A DNA stretch of 64,000 nt from Desulfobulbaceae bacterium. GTDB taxonomy: Bacteria > Desulfobacterota > Desulfobulbia > Desulfobulbales > Desulfocapsaceae. Both the position numbers and the translations under genes were made by a program. The notes beneath the pieces were generated by a model. It had not been told where the DNA came from. It did not search any database and was given only the letters and a program-made list of their open reading frames with translations. The stretch spans positions 68,191-132,190 of the forward strand of contig JAGXHG010000037.1 in the NCBI GenBank assembly GCA_024636345.1. The letters are read 5' to 3'. Positions 58,872 to 64,000 of the stretch are shown piece by piece (the stretch's first letter is position 1; every line of letters begins with the position of its first letter).

Positions 58872-60575
58872 ATGGTTGTTGAACGAATTACCATAGACCC
58901 CATCACCAGAATTGAGGGTCACTTACGCATAGATGCCGAGGTTGATGGCGGGAAAGTCACCAAGGCCTGGTCTTCAGGCCAGATGTGGCGCGGGATTGAA
59001 GTTATTTTACAGGGACGCGACCCTCGGGATGCCTGGCTCTTCACTCAGCGTATCTGCGGAGTCTGCACTACTGTCCATGCCCTGGCCTCAGTCCGGGCCG
59101 TTGAAAACGCCCTGCAACTGGAGATCCCCTTAAACGCCCAGTATATCCGCAATATTGTCATGGCGATCCATGCCCTGCAGGATCATATTGTTCATTTTTA
59201 TGTCCTCTCCGCCCTTGACTGGGTGGACGTGGTCTCCGCCCTCTCTGCTGATCCGGTCAAGACTGCGTCCTTAGCCGGCAGCATCTCTTCCTGGCCCAAC
59301 AACAGCGCCAAACGCTTCAAGGCGGTGCAGGAAAAATTGCAGGGAATCGTTGACAGCGGTCAGCTTGGCCCCTTTGCCAACGGCTACTGGGGACATCCGG
59401 CTATGAAACTGCCGCCGGAAGCCAATCTTATGGCAGTTGCCCATTATCTGGAAGCCCTTGATTATCAGCGCAAGGCAACCCAGGCCCTCGGCATCATCTC
59501 CGGTAAAAACCCGCATATCCAGAATCTTTCTGTTGGTGGTGTGACCACAGCCCTTAATCCGGACAGCGATTCCGCCCTCAACATGGAACGGCTTTACTGG
59601 ATCAAACAACTGATCGGTGAAGTGCGAGGATTCATCCAACAGGTGTATCTTCCTGATGTGGCGGCCATCGGCGCCCTGTACAAAGACTGGCTCCCCTATG
59701 GTGCCGGAGTCACAAACTACCTGGCCGTGCCTGACATGGTCCTCGATACCAAAGCCACTAAGTTTGATCTGCCCGGCGGCACCATAATGGGCGGTGATCT
59801 AAACACAGTCAAGCCCATCAGCAGCTTTAACGATCCTTACTTCCGGGACAACGTAGTCGAAAATATCTCTCATGCCTGGTACAAAGGGGACTGGACCAAG
59901 CATCCCTACGAGGAAGAGACCGTTCCCGAATACACCGATTTCCAGGATGACGGCAAATACACCTGGCTCAAGGCGCCGCGCTTTGCGGGCCAACCGATGC
60001 AGGTCGGTCCCCTGGCCCAGATGCTGGTCGGTTACGCCCAGGGACACGAGGAGATTATCAAAAATGTGGATAGTGCCCTGAATCTCGTCAGCTCCGTGGC
60101 TGGTGTCACCGTTGGTCCCGAGGTTCTGCACTCTACCCTGGGCCGCCATGTGGCCAGGGCGGTTCGGGCCTCCATGCTTGCCGACCTGTCCCTGAAACAC
60201 TGGGAACTGCTGGTGGATAATATCGGTAAGGGTGATCTTACTATCTTCAACAAACCAGTCTTCCCCAAAGGCGAGCAACGAGGTTTTGGTATTCACGAAG
60301 CACCCCGCGGCGCACTCTCGCACTGGATTGTCATTCAGGATGGCAAGATCAAAAACTATCAGTGCGTGGTACCATCTACCTGGAACGCCGGCCCCCGGGA
60401 CAAGGAAGGTCTTCCCGGCCCCTATGAGGCATCGCTGGTCGGCAACCCCATTGCCGACGCCCAGCAACCGCTGGAGGTCTTACGCACCATCCACTCCTTT
60501 GATCCCTGTATTGCCTGCGCCGTGCATATGCTTGATCCGGAAGGCCGGGAAACAATCAAGGTCAAGGCATTATAA
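58872..60575 (+). CDS. [NiFe] hydrogenase large subunit
   Basis: N-terminal RICGVCTTVH and C-terminal DPCIACAVH, followed by a 15-aa extension (MLDPEGRETIKVKAL). Cys, not Sec, occupies the Ni site. Confidence 0.96.
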   Translation: MVVERITIDPITRIEGHLRIDAEVDGGKVTKAWSSGQMWRGIEVILQGRDPRDAWLFTQRICGVCTTVHALASVRAVENALQLEIPLNAQYIRNIVMAIHALQDHIVHFYVLSALDWVDVVSALSADPVKTASLAGSISSWPNNSAKRFKAVQEKLQGIVDSGQLGPFANGYWGHPAMKLPPEANLMAVAHYLEALDYQRKATQALGIISGKNPHIQNLSVGGVTTALNPDSDSALNMERLYWIKQLIGEVRGFIQQVYLPDVAAIGALYKDWLPYGAGVTNYLAVPDMVLDTKATKFDLPGGTIMGGDLNTVKPISSFNDPYFRDNVVENISHAWYKGDWTKHPYEEETVPEYTDFQDDGKYTWLKAPRFAGQPMQVGPLAQMLVGYAQGHEEIIKNVDSALNLVSSVAGVTVGPEVLHSTLGRHVARAVRASMLADLSLKHWELLVDNIGKGDLTIFNKPVFPKGEQRGFGIHEAPRGALSHWIVIQDGKIKNYQCVVPSTWNAGPRDKEGLPGPYEASLVGNPIADAQQPLEVLRTIHSFDPCIACAVHMLDPEGRETIKVKAL

Positions 60576-60595
60576 TTCTGGGAGAGGAGGCAATC

Positions 60596-61246
60596 ATGAT
60601 TTATGAGAAACACTATGTCTGGAGCATCCTGCTTCGACTGTACCACTGGTCTCTTGTCAGCTCCATTGTCACGCTTGCAATCACCGGATTCTACATCAAC
60701 TCACCCTGGACCCTCACCACCCTGGAAGGCACCGGCCTCTATCCCATGCTGACCATGCGCAATATCCACGGGCTGGCAGGTTATCTGTTCACTTCAGCCA
60801 TTTTGGTCAGACTGTTCCTCCTGCTCTTCGGCAATCGTCATGAACGCATCCTGGACATGCTCCCCGTTACCTCGCGCAATATCAGAAACATGTCCACCAC
60901 CCTCTGTTCTTACAGCTACCTGCACGACTGTCATGATGAAGAACGGTTGGGGCACAACGTCGTGGCCGGCATGATCTATGTCCTGACCATTATCGCTGCC
61001 CTTTTTCAGATGGCCAGCGGTTTTTACCTGCGTCTGCCGGAAAACGTTTTCTGGCAGAAATGGGGAGTCATGCTCTTTGGCACGCAACAACATGCCCGTT
61101 TTGAACATCATCTCCTGATGTGGTATTTCATCATCTTTGCCTTGATCCATATCTATCTGGTGATATGGAATGACCTGAAGAACCCGGACGGAATAACCTC
61201 CTCCATCTTTACCGGCAACAAATTCAGACCACGCAATATTAAATGA
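60596..61246 (+). CDS. Ni/Fe-hydrogenase b-type cytochrome subunit
   Basis: Four TM helices, the motif RLYHWS, and conserved His residues in TM1, TM2 and TM4. It follows the large subunit directly. Confidence 0.88.
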   Translation: MIYEKHYVWSILLRLYHWSLVSSIVTLAITGFYINSPWTLTTLEGTGLYPMLTMRNIHGLAGYLFTSAILVRLFLLLFGNRHERILDMLPVTSRNIRNMSTTLCSYSYLHDCHDEERLGHNVVAGMIYVLTIIAALFQMASGFYLRLPENVFWQKWGVMLFGTQQHARFEHHLLMWYFIIFALIHIYLVIWNDLKNPDGITSSIFTGNKFRPRNIK

Positions 61247-63618
61247 CAGCTTTGTCCTGCCTCGGGACAGAGCCGCATTCTCTTCCACAAGAAAGAAAAG
61301 GGGTGGAGCTCACCGTTCAAGGCACCGTACAGGGAGTAGGGTTCCGCCCGTTTGTTTATCGTTTGGCCAGACAATGCAAAATCAGTGGAACCATTGCCAA
61401 CACCGGTCAGGGAGTTGTGATTCTGGCAGAGGGGTTGACCACCGACCTTGACAATTTTCTGCAGGCCCTGACCCAGGACGCCCCTCCTCTGGCCCGCATC
61501 TCCACTATCAGCAAACAAAAGATCCCAGCAGGTACAGAAAAGTCCTTTACTATTCTTGCAAGCAACAGCGAGCATACCAGCCAGACAATGATCCCGGCTG
61601 ATATCGCCCTCTGTGACGATTGCCGCAAGGAGCTCCTGGATCCGACAGACCGACGTTACCGCTACCCCTTTATCAACTGCACCAACTGCGGCCCGCGGTT
61701 TACCATTGTCAGCTCCATCCCCTATGATCGCCCCGGAACCTCCATGCACTCCTTTCCCATGTGCAGGAACTGTCAGGCCGAATATGATAATCCCGACAAC
61801 CGGCGTTTTCATGCCCAGCCCAATGCCTGTCCCCAATGTGGACCGCAGATCAGCTGGCATGACTGTAGCGGAAAACAACTCCCGAATGACGATCCAGTAA
61901 CCGCCACCATTTCAGCGCTCTGCAATGGTGATATTGTGGCCATCCGCGGGTTGGGTGGTTTTCACCTGGTGGTTGATGCTGGATCAGAAGCCGCCGTGGC
62001 ACTCCTCCGCAAGCGAAAACAACGCAGGAGCAAACCCCTGGCCATCATGGTCGCAGACCTCGAGGCCGCAGACAGGATCTGTCACCTTTCTCCTGTGGCC
62101 AGCCAGACACTGACTAACTTCGCCCACCCCATTGTCCTGCTACCCAGAAAAGAAACTGCTGCGCTCGCTGCCAATCTGGCACCGGGCATGGGAGAGATAG
62201 GGATCATGCTGCCCTACACCCCGTTGCACCACCTGCTGTTCGCCACCCCCGGCTGCCCCCAGGCCCTGGTCATGACCAGCGGCAACCGCAACGGTGAGCC
62301 GCTATGCACCGGAAATGACGAGGCAATAGCCCGCCTTGGCGATATCGCCGATTTTTTTCTCCTGCATAACCGCGAGATTGTGACCCGGATTGACGACTCG
62401 GTTGTCCGCATCATGCAGGGCCACCCCCGGTTGCTGCGCCGCGCCCGGGGCTACGTGCCAACCCCTATTCCGCTGACCCAATCCATGCCGCCTCTGCTTG
62501 CCTGCGGCAGCGGCCTGAAAAATACCTTTTGTCTGGTGCGCGACAATATGGCCTTTATCAGCCAGCATATTGGAGATCTTGCCAATGTGGAATCACTGGC
62601 TTTTTTCAAAGAAAGCATCTATCATTTCCAGGAGCTTCTCGAAACCCGGCCACAACTCGTGGTCTGCGACCTCCACCCTGATTATCTGAGCAGCCGACAT
62701 GGGCAGGAACTGGAACGGGAGCTGGGGTTACCGCGGGTCCTGGTCCAGCATCACCATGCCCATGCCGTGGCAGTGATGGCCGAACATGGCTTGCAGGATA
62801 AGGTCCTGGCAATTATCCTCGACGGCACAGGTCTTGGCCCGGATGGCACCATCTGGGGCGGAGAGATCCTGGAGGTAACGCGCACCGATTTTATCCGCCG
62901 CAGCTGTCTGGCACCCCTGCCCCTGCCGGGTGGAGATGCCGCCGCCGAGCAGCCATGGCGCATGGGGCTTGCAGCCCTGTATCACTGTTTTGGCGAAGAA
63001 GGCCTGCAGCCATCCCGCCTGCCGGCCGCACTTCTTGGCATCGCCGAAGAAAGAAGAACGGCCGTCCTCACCATGATGCAGAACGGTTTCAACAGCCCGC
63101 TCACCTCAAGTTGCGGGCGCTTGTTTGATGCGATAGCCGTACTGCTTGGCATCCGCCTTGACTCCGATTTTGAGGGTCAGGCCGCCATGGAAGTTGAGGC
63201 CTTCGCCCGGCAATGGCAGAGGCCAGAAGAACACAGACAAAGAGTAGAAGAACCGGTGGCAGAAAACGGACTCTTCATCATCGACAGCAGCCCGTTTATC
63301 CGCAGAATGCTCTGCGACCTGGAAGCCGGGAAATCAATCCCCGAGCTGGCCATGGGGTTTCACACCTGGCTGCTCGACAGCCTTGTGGTCACAATCAGAA
63401 AACTTGCAGTCACCAGCGGTATCCGTACCGTTGTCCTCTCCGGAGGCTGTCTGCAGAACAGAATAATCATGGAAGGTCTTTTTCAGGCCCTGGAGCAGGA
63501 CAGTTTTCAGGTCTTCACCGGTCAGGAAGTACCGGTGAACGACGGGGGAATCTCTCTGGGGCAGGCAGTTATAGGAGGATTACGGTATGTGTCTGGCAAT
63601 ACCCATGCAGGTCATTGA
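61243..63618 (+). CDS. hypF: Carbamoyltransferase HypF
   Basis: Acylphosphatase domain (VQGTVQGVGFRPFVYRLA), two Zn-finger pairs (CDDCRKEL...CTNCGPRF; CRNCQAEY...CPQCGPQ), and YrdC-like and Kae1-like domains. ATGA overlap with the upstream gene. Confidence 0.95.
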   Translation: MTALSCLGTEPHSLPQERKGVELTVQGTVQGVGFRPFVYRLARQCKISGTIANTGQGVVILAEGLTTDLDNFLQALTQDAPPLARISTISKQKIPAGTEKSFTILASNSEHTSQTMIPADIALCDDCRKELLDPTDRRYRYPFINCTNCGPRFTIVSSIPYDRPGTSMHSFPMCRNCQAEYDNPDNRRFHAQPNACPQCGPQISWHDCSGKQLPNDDPVTATISALCNGDIVAIRGLGGFHLVVDAGSEAAVALLRKRKQRRSKPLAIMVADLEAADRICHLSPVASQTLTNFAHPIVLLPRKETAALAANLAPGMGEIGIMLPYTPLHHLLFATPGCPQALVMTSGNRNGEPLCTGNDEAIARLGDIADFFLLHNREIVTRIDDSVVRIMQGHPRLLRRARGYVPTPIPLTQSMPPLLACGSGLKNTFCLVRDNMAFISQHIGDLANVESLAFFKESIYHFQELLETRPQLVVCDLHPDYLSSRHGQELERELGLPRVLVQHHHAHAVAVMAEHGLQDKVLAIILDGTGLGPDGTIWGGEILEVTRTDFIRRSCLAPLPLPGGDAAAEQPWRMGLAALYHCFGEEGLQPSRLPAALLGIAEERRTAVLTMMQNGFNSPLTSSCGRLFDAIAVLLGIRLDSDFEGQAAMEVEAFARQWQRPEEHRQRVEEPVAENGLFIIDSSPFIRRMLCDLEAGKSIPELAMGFHTWLLDSLVVTIRKLAVTSGIRTVVLSGGCLQNRIIMEGLFQALEQDSFQVFTGQEVPVNDGGISLGQAVIGGLRYVSGNTHAGH

Positions 63619-63856
63619 AATCAGAGGTGACGCCGATGATTTTCTCAGCGAACAGATCGCCGTGGTCGACGCCGACGGCATCCGCCGCGAGACCCGGCTT
63701 GATATCGTTGATCGCTGGCCGCGGGTCGGCGACTATCTCATCATCCACGCCGGCTTCGCCATCCACACCCTTGACCCCGGCGAGGCAGAGATCAATCTGA
63801 AACTGATGCGGGAGATGGCCGACGGACTTGCCCGTATAGATGGCACAGAACAATAA
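63587..63856 (+). CDS. hypC: Hydrogenase maturation chaperone HypC/HybG/HupF family
   Basis: N-terminal MCLAIPMQV (the essential Cys2 motif), 89 aa. It overlaps the hypF 3' end by 32 nt. Confidence 0.9.
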   Translation: MCLAIPMQVIEIRGDADDFLSEQIAVVDADGIRRETRLDIVDRWPRVGDYLIIHAGFAIHTLDPGEAEINLKLMREMADGLARIDGTEQ

Positions 63857-64000
63857 ATATTGGGGAAGTGTCCCTAATTATCCTTTTAATCGAGGAACTT
63901 GAAAGAGAAAATTGGGCAACAGGAGGCGAGTTACATAGTGACAAATATGGCGGCGGGTATGGACACAAATAATGGTGTAAAGTCAATTTTTGACAAATAT

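Noticed and set aside
63938-64000. A possible start of another gene after hypC. AGGAGG lies at 63921-63926, followed by GTG 63938 or ATG 63947, reading ...MAAGMDTNNGVKSIFDKY to the window edge.
   Set aside because: Only about 20 codons are visible and they do not resemble HypD or HypE N-termini. It cannot be called from this fragment.

Overview
This is a 64-kb chromosomal window of about 50% GC. The gene content looks like a Desulfobacterota (deltaproteobacterial) anaerobe, but that is inference only. Most genes are housekeeping or signalling. They include a MacAB-like efflux system, an SPFH/NfeD pair, yciH, a frameshifted MATE pump, tgt-yajC, pgeF, aconitase, PIN-PhoH, rpsA-ihfB, tsaC, guaBA, aspS, hisS and pcnB. 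There is a complete pstSCAB-phoU-phoB operon and an unlinked PhoR-like kinase. There are two porin-like outer-membrane proteins with coiled-coil N-termini and several c-di-GMP, cNMP and chemotaxis proteins. The window also holds a ClC channel, a lone ZnuA-like binding protein, and a group-1 [NiFe] hydrogenase operon followed by hypF and hypC. I found no CRISPR array, transposase, prophage, tRNA/rRNA gene or recognisable defence island, and I cannot support a claim of a new multi-gene system. The best leads are non-coding. (1) An 11-bp-phased hexamer array (TTAGGA type) lies at a fixed 11-nt distance from a -10-like hexamer upstream of pstS, of the divergent porin and of the PhoR-like kinase; these are candidate Pho boxes. 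(2) A family of small palindromic MITE/REP-like repeats with ~22-nt terminal inverted repeats occurs at four intergenic sites. (3) Two related perfect palindromes bracket the hydrogenase promoter. (4) An AT-rich mini-island sits where secDF normally follows yajC and carries a 50-aa ORF with a strong SD that is missing from the ORF track. The protein-level oddities (NYN-CSD next to YjgR, a predicted periplasmic CZB in an MCP, a Cys-rich small ORF before an EAL-CBS-GGDDF protein) are reported with modest interest scores.
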